From Promethearchaeota archaeon (GTDB taxonomy: Archaea > Asgardarchaeota > Hermodarchaeia > Hermodarchaeales > Hermodarchaeaceae): a stretch of DNA of 32,000 nt. Made by a program: the position numbers and the translations under genes. Below are positions 1 to 7,184 of this stretch, piece by piece (within the stretch, counting starts at the first letter, position 1; each line of letters starts with the position of its first letter). The stretch spans positions 1 to 32,000 of the forward strand of contig JBHLMI010000002.1 in NCBI GenBank assembly GCA_048938295.1. Reading direction: 5' to 3'. The notes under the pieces are model-generated. The model was not told the origin of the DNA and did not search any database. It saw nothing but the letters and a program-made list of their open reading frames with translations.

Positions 1-123
1 ATAGCTCAAAATTATCCCGTGTTGCAAGCCATCTTCTACATCATGGCGCTCACAGTAATTATCGCGAATTTCATCGCGGATATTCTTTATGGTTTTCTTG
101 ATCCACGCGTCCGCTATGATTAG
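1..123 (+). CDS. Peptide/nickel ABC transporter permease (DppB/OppB-like), C-terminal fragment running in from the left edge
   Basis: Frame 1 reads IAQNYPVLQAIFYIMALTVIIANFIADILYGFLDPRVRYD* (TAG 121-123), matching the DppB-family ending 'DYPv.q...l....i.aNl.aDilY..lDPRir'. Not in the ORF track. Confidence 0.85.
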   Translation: MAQNYPVLQAIFYIMALTVIIANFIADILYGFLDPRVRYD

Positions 124-150
124 GAAATACCTCCAATGCGAACCAGCACA

Positions 151-175
151 GAAGGGCGGTTGGGAACCGCCCTTC
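151..175. terminator. Perfect hairpin between convergent genes, likely terminator
   Basis: GAAGGGCGGTT-GGG-AACCGCCCTTC (11-bp stem), followed on + by ATCCTTTTTT; lies between the permease stop (123) and the GNAT stop (174-176). Confidence 0.7.
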
Positions 176-743
176 ATCCTTTTTTCTTAAAGTCTTGAAT
201 TTGCGTGGGTCGTTTGTAGAGCTGCACTAGCATTCCAGGAGCTTGTTCATAGGGTTCTCCTTCAGGTTGGAAACCGAAACTTTCCACGAGTTTGCGCATT
301 GTGTCATGATCGTAGAGAATGTTACAAAGGTTAGCTGGAGCCTTCAATTCCTGGGCATAGGTGATGAATTGATGATACATAGCGCGGACAAGACCGCGGT
401 GCCGAAAATCGGGATGAACAGTTTGATGTTCTCCGAATAAACCCTCGGGTTTGAGAATCGCCTTGTAGAATCCGGCGATTTGACTTTGAATTCTAGCGCC
501 GAAGTACTGATAACCGGATGTCATCTCGTTGATTATCTGGTCAGGGCTAAGAATGCGGTTTTGTCGCCATTCTAGGGGGATATGTGTTGATTCCGGCCAT
601 ACCAGCGCCATTAACTGCGCGATTTCTTGTGCATCTTCGATAATTAGTTCTTCGATATGGATGTCATGGTCTTCGGGTGGAAAATCTTTAGTCGATGGAG
701 GCAGGGACATGGTACGGGATATTTCACTGTAAGATGTTTTCAA
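174..743 (-). CDS. GNAT-family N-acetyltransferase
   Basis: Acetyl-CoA motif A-like segment TVHPDFRHRGLVRAM and C-terminal 'MRKLVESFGF'. TTG start overlaps the radical SAM stop (TTGA); alternative ATG at 710. Confidence 0.8.
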   Translation of the reverse strand: MKTSYSEISRTMSLPPSTKDFPPEDHDIHIEELIIEDAQEIAQLMALVWPESTHIPLEWRQNRILSPDQIINEMTSGYQYFGARIQSQIAGFYKAILKPEGLFGEHQTVHPDFRHRGLVRAMYHQFITYAQELKAPANLCNILYDHDTMRKLVESFGFQPEGEPYEQAPGMLVQLYKRPTQIQDFKKKG

Positions 744-1882
744 TGCTTGCCTTTTGTCTCAGTTTGGACAACATGATAGGCTTCAATGAGCGCTGTGCAC
801 CCAGTGCAGCGAACACACCCCGCTCGATGGCTTGTGGGATCAAGGTCATATTCAACGAGGAGAGTGGCACAGTCGATGTAGATGTCGACCAGTGGGTCGA
901 GGTTCTCGACGTATGGAGGGACAAATCCTTCTAGTCGGGAGCCAGGATTAGGACGACAGGGCACCGGCACGGGGATGACGCCGAGTTCGATGGTAGTTTT
1001 GAATCCTTGGTGAAGTTGTTCTGGTGTTTCTCCAAGACCTAAGAGAATGAAGGAATCTACTTGACCTCTCCCGAAGATGCGAACGGCATTGCTCCATGCG
1101 TTATAATAGTCAAAGAAGCTCGCATGGGCGAATTTTCCAGGACAGTATTTTTTTCGCAGGGCGTCATCGTAGATTTCTAGGTGAATGCCCACGGTGTCTA
1201 CTCCGGCATCTTTCAGTGCGCGAAGCTGATCAGGACTGTCAGGGGGTTCAAGTTGAACATGAATCGGCACATCACTATATTGTCGAATCGAAGAGACAAA
1301 ATCAACATAATCTTGTGCTCCACGATCGGGGCGATCAGGGCTACCCATAGTTAAAGTAAGATGTGTTGCACAGCCTTCTTGTTGGGCAGCATGAAGAACC
1401 TTAATGAACTGATCAGGAGATTTGCGGAGAATAGTCGAACCTTCTTGGAGGCTGACAGGGATACTACAGTAATGACATTCTAATCCACAATCAAAATAAT
1501 CACAATGCTGGACAATGGTTGTGGCGAGACAATCCTTTCCATGCACTAGGGCGATGTGCTTCATTGGAGTGCCATCAGCTAACTCCTCCTGATAGAATTG
1601 CGGGGTGCCAAGTGGTGTAATCGGAAAGGACTTTCCTTCTAATTGGATAGTGAACTGATTATCGTCAACAGGCCTTACTTCTAAAGTATGAAACTGTTCA
1701 ACCTGATCTTTGGTTCGAACAGGTGCATTAACGACAATGGTATCGTTAAGGAGAAAATAACGACCAAGAGTCGGGCCAGCACCACCTGAACGACCGCTGG
1801 ACTCATCGGATGTAAAGCGAACTCCGCGGGTGAGCATCGCCACCTTTAGACGCAAAATGTCCTGATTCGTTATTTTTACCAT
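740..1882 (-). CDS. Radical SAM protein, MSMEG_0568-like (biotin synthase-related)
   Basis: ALVHGKDCLATTIVQHCDYFDCGLECHYCSI contains the cluster cysteines; 'DTVGIHLE' and C-terminal GCVRCTGC (extra CxxCxxC) are typical of this family. Confidence 0.8.
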   Translation of the reverse strand: MVKITNQDILRLKVAMLTRGVRFTSDESSGRSGGAGPTLGRYFLLNDTIVVNAPVRTKDQVEQFHTLEVRPVDDNQFTIQLEGKSFPITPLGTPQFYQEELADGTPMKHIALVHGKDCLATTIVQHCDYFDCGLECHYCSIPVSLQEGSTILRKSPDQFIKVLHAAQQEGCATHLTLTMGSPDRPDRGAQDYVDFVSSIRQYSDVPIHVQLEPPDSPDQLRALKDAGVDTVGIHLEIYDDALRKKYCPGKFAHASFFDYYNAWSNAVRIFGRGQVDSFILLGLGETPEQLHQGFKTTIELGVIPVPVPCRPNPGSRLEGFVPPYVENLDPLVDIYIDCATLLVEYDLDPTSHRAGCVRCTGCTALIEAYHVVQTETKGKH

Positions 1883-1920
1883 GAAACTCGCCGATCAATA
1901 CTATTCGATGGAAGTTGAAG

Positions 1921-1927
1921 CTTAAAG
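1921..1927 (-). promoter_or_regulatory. Candidate TATA box for the radical SAM-GNAT unit
   Basis: CTTTAAG on the minus strand about 40 nt upstream of ATG 1882; the same heptamer precedes the Rab gene. Confidence 0.4.
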
Positions 1928-2011
1928 AGTTCGCTCCCACTATACCAATCAAAATTGGGAATTAAATTGGTCCCCTCCAACTGTGTCATTTTCTTTATTC
2001 ATTTTTTTATG

Positions 2012-2058
2012 TGAAAAAAGAAAAGGAGGACTCTTCGCAAGATCAAAGAGTCTCCTTT
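2012..2058 (-). terminator. Hairpin + U-tract terminator of the secreted-protein gene
   Basis: Minus strand AAAGGAGACTCTT...AAGAGTCCTCCTTT followed by TCTTTTTT, starting 10 nt after the stop at 2068. Confidence 0.65.
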
Positions 2059-2067
2059 ACGGTTTTC

Positions 2068-2562
2068 CTAGTTAATATTGACAGGACCAATAGCCTGCAT
2101 TAGACCCCAATTGATTTGACCATTCATATGTACTTGATGACCTACTAGATGGCTATATGCGCCAGTAGCATAGGTTACTTCGCCATTCATTCGGAATTTC
2201 CAGTTGGCAGAGACTGTGCAACCTTTATCGATTCCATGAATTGTTCCCAGAGATGTCTCTATTACCCAGTCTTCTGTGAAGAAATGTACGTTCCATTCAT
2301 AGCCTAGGGCGTTGTCAGCATCGTATCCTATATCCTTCGGTGGATCAGGTCCAGTCGCCCAGAAGGTCATAGTACCTTCAAGATCCCCATGAATATATCC
2401 AATCCAAATCGGTTCAGAAGGATCAGTCCCGAAGAGAGGATTGAAGTAGACCTCCATTTCACTTCGAAACGGTTTAGCTTGAACAGTTGGAATAAAGGCG
2501 AGGAAGATAACAAAGAAAAACAGCACGACACCTAGTCCCTTTGCGAGGCTTAGCTTACTCAC
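2068..2562 (-). CDS. Secreted beta-rich hypothetical protein (164 aa); start revised to GTG 2562
   Basis: Perfect SD AGGAGGTGA (2568-2576) 5 nt upstream of GTG. Signal peptide SKLSLAKGLGVVLFFFVIFLAFIPTVQA with AxA-like cleavage site; the mature part alternates hydrophobic residues and Gly as in a beta-barrel. Confidence 0.75.
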   Translation of the reverse strand: MSKLSLAKGLGVVLFFFVIFLAFIPTVQAKPFRSEMEVYFNPLFGTDPSEPIWIGYIHGDLEGTMTFWATGPDPPKDIGYDADNALGYEWNVHFFTEDWVIETSLGTIHGIDKGCTVSANWKFRMNGEVTYATGAYSHLVGHQVHMNGQINWGLMQAIGPVNIN

Positions 2563-2902
2563 GATTTTCACCTCCTTTTGACTGATTAGAAACCATTGAA
2601 ATCTGAGGTACCTGTCCCCAGAATTTGCATCCCACCAAGTCACTCAAGGTGTCCCGGAGTTTTGCGGGTTCATTTTGAACCACCATTTTTTTGTATCATT
2701 AGTAAACTGATACTGCAATAATCTACACCAAAACCGATGAAAACAGGTTATTTTTGCAGGGCTCATTGCAAAATTGCGCAGTTTGAAGGAATTCTTTAAT
2801 ACAACCGTATGTATTTGCCTAACTGTTTGGGAAGGAGGTTTCACATTTCGTTGGAGTTGGTGGCGAAATGAGCCAATGAGTTCCAAATGCATCTGAGTTG
2901 GG

Positions 2903-3865
2903 ATGTTGGTCATGGATCCGCTGGACAAAGCGTTACTTTGGGAACTGTTCGGAAATGCCCGAATCTCATTCCAAGACCTGGCGAAGAAGTTCAAGCAATC
3001 ATTCAACACGATTAAGAACCATGTGAAAAGACTGGAAAAAATGGGTGTCATCCAAGAATATACAGTTGAGTTAAGTTCGGCCATGCTGGACCTGGAAACA
3101 CTGCAAGTAATCATTACTACCAATGGCACAGAAAAGATGAATGAATTCTTGGATGAGGTTGGGGGCCATCAACAAATCCGGTATCTATATCGATCAAGCC
3201 CTAACAGGTACTCCTGTTCAGCTTTTATCACAGGGACCACCGAATTCTTTCAATTAAAGCAGAGCCTCGAATCGCTGAAGGCGGTTCAAAAGGTAGAATT
3301 TCATCCAGTTTCAGTATTCGTACCGAATGCCCCTGCTCACAGTAAGGTTCGCAATCGCGGGAAGAAAGTGAGCTTCACACAAAACCAGTTACGAGTTCTC
3401 CGTTGTTTGACCGATGATGTCCGGATGCCAATAGGTAAGATCGCAGAATATACGGAGTTGACACCACGGCGGGTCAGCCACATTCTCCATGAACTGCAAG
3501 AGGGGGGAGGGGTACACTTCACGATGCGGATGAATTATCTTGCCTTGGGAGACGTTGAGCTTGAATATCTCATTCGATATAATGACATGAAGACGACAGC
3601 CAAAGAAATCATCGAATGGATTTATGAACAGTATACAAGTGAGTTTTGGCATGCTACAACGTTCTTGGATGAACCTACTCTGATAATCACCCTCCTTACC
3701 AATGAGCCATCACGCATCAAAGAAATCACTAGTAGGATTCGAGAAACCCCATATGTGCGATCAATTACGGATTTTCTGATTCCTGAGCAACACCGTGGAG
3801 GGCACTACCGTGATCCCACACAGCATCGATTAGACGATCTGTTCAAGGAAGCAGGATTGAGCTAG
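2903..3865 (+). CDS. Tandem (two-repeat) Lrp/AsnC-type winged-helix transcriptional regulator
   Basis: Two HTH units, MDPLDKALLWELFGNARISFQDLAKK...LEKMGVI and QNQLRVLRCLTDDVRMPIGKIAEYTELTPRRVSHILHEL, each followed by an ACT/RAM-like alpha-beta domain. Start may be ATG 2912. Confidence 0.8.
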   Translation: MLVMDPLDKALLWELFGNARISFQDLAKKFKQSFNTIKNHVKRLEKMGVIQEYTVELSSAMLDLETLQVIITTNGTEKMNEFLDEVGGHQQIRYLYRSSPNRYSCSAFITGTTEFFQLKQSLESLKAVQKVEFHPVSVFVPNAPAHSKVRNRGKKVSFTQNQLRVLRCLTDDVRMPIGKIAEYTELTPRRVSHILHELQEGGGVHFTMRMNYLALGDVELEYLIRYNDMKTTAKEIIEWIYEQYTSEFWHATTFLDEPTLIITLLTNEPSRIKEITSRIRETPYVRSITDFLIPEQHRGGHYRDPTQHRLDDLFKEAGLS

Positions 3866-3872
3866 TAAGAAA

Positions 3873-4838
3873 TCATGAACCCACAATTTGTTTATGCCAA
3901 TGGTCAAACACTTGCGTGAGGTCGACGTTTCCCCCACTGAGAATGACACCAACACGTTGATTGGAGACTAGCTTTTTAATTTTGAAGAGCCCCGCCAGCG
4001 GAACTGCACCAGATGGCTCGACGACGAGTTTCATTCTTTCCCAGAGAAACCGCATGGCTTCAAGGATCTCGTTTTCGGTAACCGTAATGATCTCATCGAC
4101 GTGTTGATGGATGATGGAGAAGGTTAACTCGCTCAAGGAAGTGCGCAGGCCATCAGCGATTGTGTTGGGGCTAATGCTTGGATAGAGTCTTCCTGATTTG
4201 AATGAGCGATAGGCATCATTGGCTTGTTCCGGTTCGACAGCGATGACCTTGGCAGAAGGACATAAGCCCTTTGTTGCAATTGCCGTTCCGCTGATTAAGC
4301 CCCCACCACCAACTGGAGCGAACATGAAATCAAGAGAACCTACTTCATTAATGAGTTCGAAAGCCGCTGTTCCAGCTCCGGCGATGATGCGAGAATCATC
4401 ATAGGGATGAATGAGGATGTACTTATGGGACTCGATCAGTTCTTGGGTGGTTTCTTCTCGGATGAGGACAGTGGGCTCACAGAATACAACCGTTGCACCG
4501 TATCCTTTTGTTGCTGCAATTTTAACTGGTGATGCGTTTTTCGGCATTACTATTGTTGCTTTGATTCCAAGCATTTTCGCAGCCAGGGCTACTGCTTGCG
4601 CATGATTTCCTGAAGAATGAGCAATGACTCCCCGTGCTTTTTCTTCGGTTGTCAACTGTGAAATGGCATTATATGCGCCACGAAATTTGAAAGCCCCGAT
4701 TCGTTGGAAGTTCTCACATTTGAAGAAGATGCTGCAATTAGCACGTTGGTTGGCAGTTAATGATGTCATCACGGGTGTTTCAATAATGGCTTTCCGAATC
4801 CGATCGTGAGCTGCCTTAACATCATCGAATGATACCAT
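3873..4838 (-). CDS. Fold-type II PLP enzyme, serine racemase / threo-3-hydroxyaspartate ammonia-lyase-like (threonine dehydratase superfamily, no regulatory domain)
   Basis: FFKCENFQRIGAFKFRGA (PLP lysine), HSSGNHAQA, VGGGGLISG, VEP..ANDA metal motif, VEPSGA, LSGGN; 321 aa. Confidence 0.85.
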   Translation of the reverse strand: MVSFDDVKAAHDRIRKAIIETPVMTSLTANQRANCSIFFKCENFQRIGAFKFRGAYNAISQLTTEEKARGVIAHSSGNHAQAVALAAKMLGIKATIVMPKNASPVKIAATKGYGATVVFCEPTVLIREETTQELIESHKYILIHPYDDSRIIAGAGTAAFELINEVGSLDFMFAPVGGGGLISGTAIATKGLCPSAKVIAVEPEQANDAYRSFKSGRLYPSISPNTIADGLRTSLSELTFSIIHQHVDEIITVTENEILEAMRFLWERMKLVVEPSGAVPLAGLFKIKKLVSNQRVGVILSGGNVDLTQVFDHWHKQIVGS

Positions 4839-4920
4839 ATGGTTCCTTGTAAGTTTTTGTTGGCATAAGTGTTTGTCCAGCCTACATTGGAGCGAGTTTT
4901 GATCTCCTTGGTTGAGAAGG

Positions 4921-4928
4921 TTTTATAT
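4921..4928 (+). promoter_or_regulatory. Candidate BRE/TATA for carbamate kinase
   Basis: GAGAAGG-TTTTATAT about 57 nt upstream of ATG 4985. Confidence 0.5.
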
Positions 4929-4984
4929 CAGGGCAAAGAATGAGGTAACTTCTCTTGCCAAACAGTACTTTGGACGTTCTGAAG

Positions 4985-5923
4985 ATGGCTAAGCGAATTG
5001 TTGTTGCCATTGGTGGAAATTCCCTCATTAAGGATGCAGCACGTAAAACTGTGCAAGACCAATATACAGCTGCAGCAGAAACCGTTCCCCACATCGTTGA
5101 CTTGGTGGAACAGGGATGGGATGTCGCGATTACTCATGGTAACGGTCCCCAAGTAGGATTTATCCTTCGGCGCTCTGAGTTGGCTGCTGGTGAACTCCAT
5201 GAGGTACCCCTTGATTTTTGTGGCGCTGACACACAGGGGGCAATCGGGTATATGCTTCAGCAGATTCTTCTGAGCGAATTTCATCGACGCAAAATAAACA
5301 AACTGCCCGTAACTGTCGTTACCCAAGTCTTAGTAGACGCTAACGACCCTGCCTTCACTCACCCCAACAAGCCCATTGGCTCCTTCATGGATCAAGAGAT
5401 GGCGGAACGCCGAACCGAAGAAGGCTGGCACGTTGTCGAAGATGCAGGAAGAGGATGGCGCCGTGTGGTTCCATCACCAATTCCGAAAAAAATTATTGAA
5501 GCCCAAGTTGTGGACAACCTACTTGACGACGGATTCATTGTGATTACGGTTGGTGGTGGGGGTATTCCAGTGGTGCAGGAGAATGGAATCCTGAAAGGCG
5601 TAGCCGCTGTGATTGATAAGGATCGGGCCTCAGCTCTGCTTTGTAAGGCATTGGGTGCGAAGGGATTTCTCATCTCGACGTCGATTGACAAAGTATATCT
5701 AAACTTTGGCAAAGCTAATCAGCGCCCAATCGACCGAATGACAGTCAAGGAGGCAAAACAGTATTTGAAAGAGGGACACTTTGCCCCTGGATCCATGGCT
5801 CCGAAGATCGAATCTGTTATTCAGTTCCTTGAGGAGGGAGGCGAATTTGCCATCATCACTTCTCCTGAAAACATCGCCCGAGCAATTCTTGGCAAAGCCG
5901 GTACTCGCATTCTCGCGGAGTAG
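4985..5923 (+). CDS. arcC: Carbamate kinase
   Basis: RIVVAIGGNSL, THGNGPQVG, GADTQGAIGY, KPIG, GWRRVVPSP, GGGGIPV, AVIDKD, GSMAPK. Start placed at ATG 4985 rather than the track's 4955. Confidence 0.95.
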   Translation: MAKRIVVAIGGNSLIKDAARKTVQDQYTAAAETVPHIVDLVEQGWDVAITHGNGPQVGFILRRSELAAGELHEVPLDFCGADTQGAIGYMLQQILLSEFHRRKINKLPVTVVTQVLVDANDPAFTHPNKPIGSFMDQEMAERRTEEGWHVVEDAGRGWRRVVPSPIPKKIIEAQVVDNLLDDGFIVITVGGGGIPVVQENGILKGVAAVIDKDRASALLCKALGAKGFLISTSIDKVYLNFGKANQRPIDRMTVKEAKQYLKEGHFAPGSMAPKIESVIQFLEEGGEFAIITSPENIARAILGKAGTRILAE

Positions 5924-5983
5924 TTAGTTTCTTCTTCCACAAATACTTTCGAACATTAATATGAGATACACAAGGCGTGGAAT

Positions 5984-6823
5984 TTGGCTACAATGATTTC
6001 AGAAGTGGTAAAGATTGTACAGGAGTACTCTGTTGAAGAAGTGCTACGGCTCTTAGAGCGAGTCCAACCATTACAGCACCAGGAACCCCGATTACTTCAA
6101 CTCCCTAAAAACCCACTGCTCTTCGTTGGGGACACCCATGGCGACTGGGAGTCGACTCAACGGCTACTGACGCAGTTTTGGCACACGCCAACGGTTTTTG
6201 TATTCCTTGGGGATTATGTCGACCGCGGACCCTTCCAAATTGAAAATATTAATCTGCTTCTATATCTGAAAACCATGGCTCCGAATCGACTGATGCTTTT
6301 GCGGGGGAACCATGAAACTCCGAGTATAAATCGTGCCTATGGTTTCTTTGACGCAGTTCAATTCTCTTTAGGGGATGTAATCTCGCATTATTGGAAGGTT
6401 TTCGGGGATCTGCCCTTAGCGGCTATTAGCTTTCAGCATAAAATCTTCGCTGTGCATGGAGGCATCCCTGAAGCATTAAACGAAGTGCAGGATATCGATT
6501 CGCTACCTAGGGAAGTTGAGCCCGTTCATCCAATTGCATTTCAGCTGCTTTGGAATGATCCAAGCGAAACCGTGAAAGGGTTTAGATCATCGATGCGGGG
6601 AGGACGAATCAGAACCTTTGGTCAGGATATCACGGAAGAATTCATGGCTAAAAATAAGTTGGATCTCATTGTTCGAGCTCATGAGGTCTTCCCCCATGGA
6701 TTTCATGAATACTTTGATGGACGTATTATGAGTCTGTTCTCCTGTCGAGAGTATCGTGGACCTATTGCTGGGAAAGCACTCTACGTGGCTTCATCCGGTG
6801 AGCGAAAGCTTGTGCCCGTGTGA
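5984..6823 (+). CDS. PPP-family Ser/Thr protein phosphatase (PP1/PP2A-like metallophosphoesterase)
   Basis: GDTHG, GDYVDRG, RGNHE, HGGI, LLWNDP and RAHE are all present in order; FSCREY replaces FSAPNY. Start TTG 5984 or ATG 5993. Confidence 0.9.
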   Translation: MATMISEVVKIVQEYSVEEVLRLLERVQPLQHQEPRLLQLPKNPLLFVGDTHGDWESTQRLLTQFWHTPTVFVFLGDYVDRGPFQIENINLLLYLKTMAPNRLMLLRGNHETPSINRAYGFFDAVQFSLGDVISHYWKVFGDLPLAAISFQHKIFAVHGGIPEALNEVQDIDSLPREVEPVHPIAFQLLWNDPSETVKGFRSSMRGGRIRTFGQDITEEFMAKNKLDLIVRAHEVFPHGFHEYFDGRIMSLFSCREYRGPIAGKALYVASSGERKLVPV

Positions 6824-6826
6824 CCA

Positions 6827-7183
6827 CTATTTCAGTTTTATGGAAGTAATGGCTCTTGCTAGGTCGTTTTTGGTGAATGGTTTTTCGAGGAATCCGATTC
6901 CTTCAGCTGAGGCCACATCTTTGCCAAGAAAATGTGTTCCCATCAGAATCACAGCAAACCCTTGACGTTTCAGGCTCTTGATGAAATCGATGGTTTGTGC
7001 CCGACTAAGCCAATAATCGACGAGGAGTACATTTGGAGGCGTCTCAGCTGCGTCTAATGCATGGTGAAAACTTCCCAAGTGATCCACACCAGGACACACA
7101 ATAAATCCTGCTTGAGTAATTAGCATCTCAATTGACCGGCGTAAAGACCCTTGAGGAGTAATGACCATCACAGCCGTTGCCAA
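6827..7183 (-). CDS. Stand-alone atypical response-regulator receiver domain
   Basis: CheY-like pattern with VLLVDYW (phosphoacceptor Asp) and FLEKPF, but the beta1 acidic pair is TP and the beta4 Thr/Ser position is Gly. TTG start 1 nt after the upstream stop. Confidence 0.8.
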   Translation of the reverse strand: MATAVMVITPQGSLRRSIEMLITQAGFIVCPGVDHLGSFHHALDAAETPPNVLLVDYWLSRAQTIDFIKSLKRQGFAVILMGTHFLGKDVASAEGIGFLEKPFTKNDLARAITSIKLK

Positions 7184-7184
7184 C

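Noticed and set aside
2613-2690. Resemblance to the c-di-GMP-I riboswitch (GGGATGCAAA, CGCAAAACTCCGG)
   Set aside because: No GAAA tetraloop/receptor architecture and the elements are in the wrong order; kept only as a generic structured-leader observation.
4985-5923. Arginine deiminase operon
   Set aside because: Only carbamate kinase is present; no arcA, arcB or antiporter in the window.
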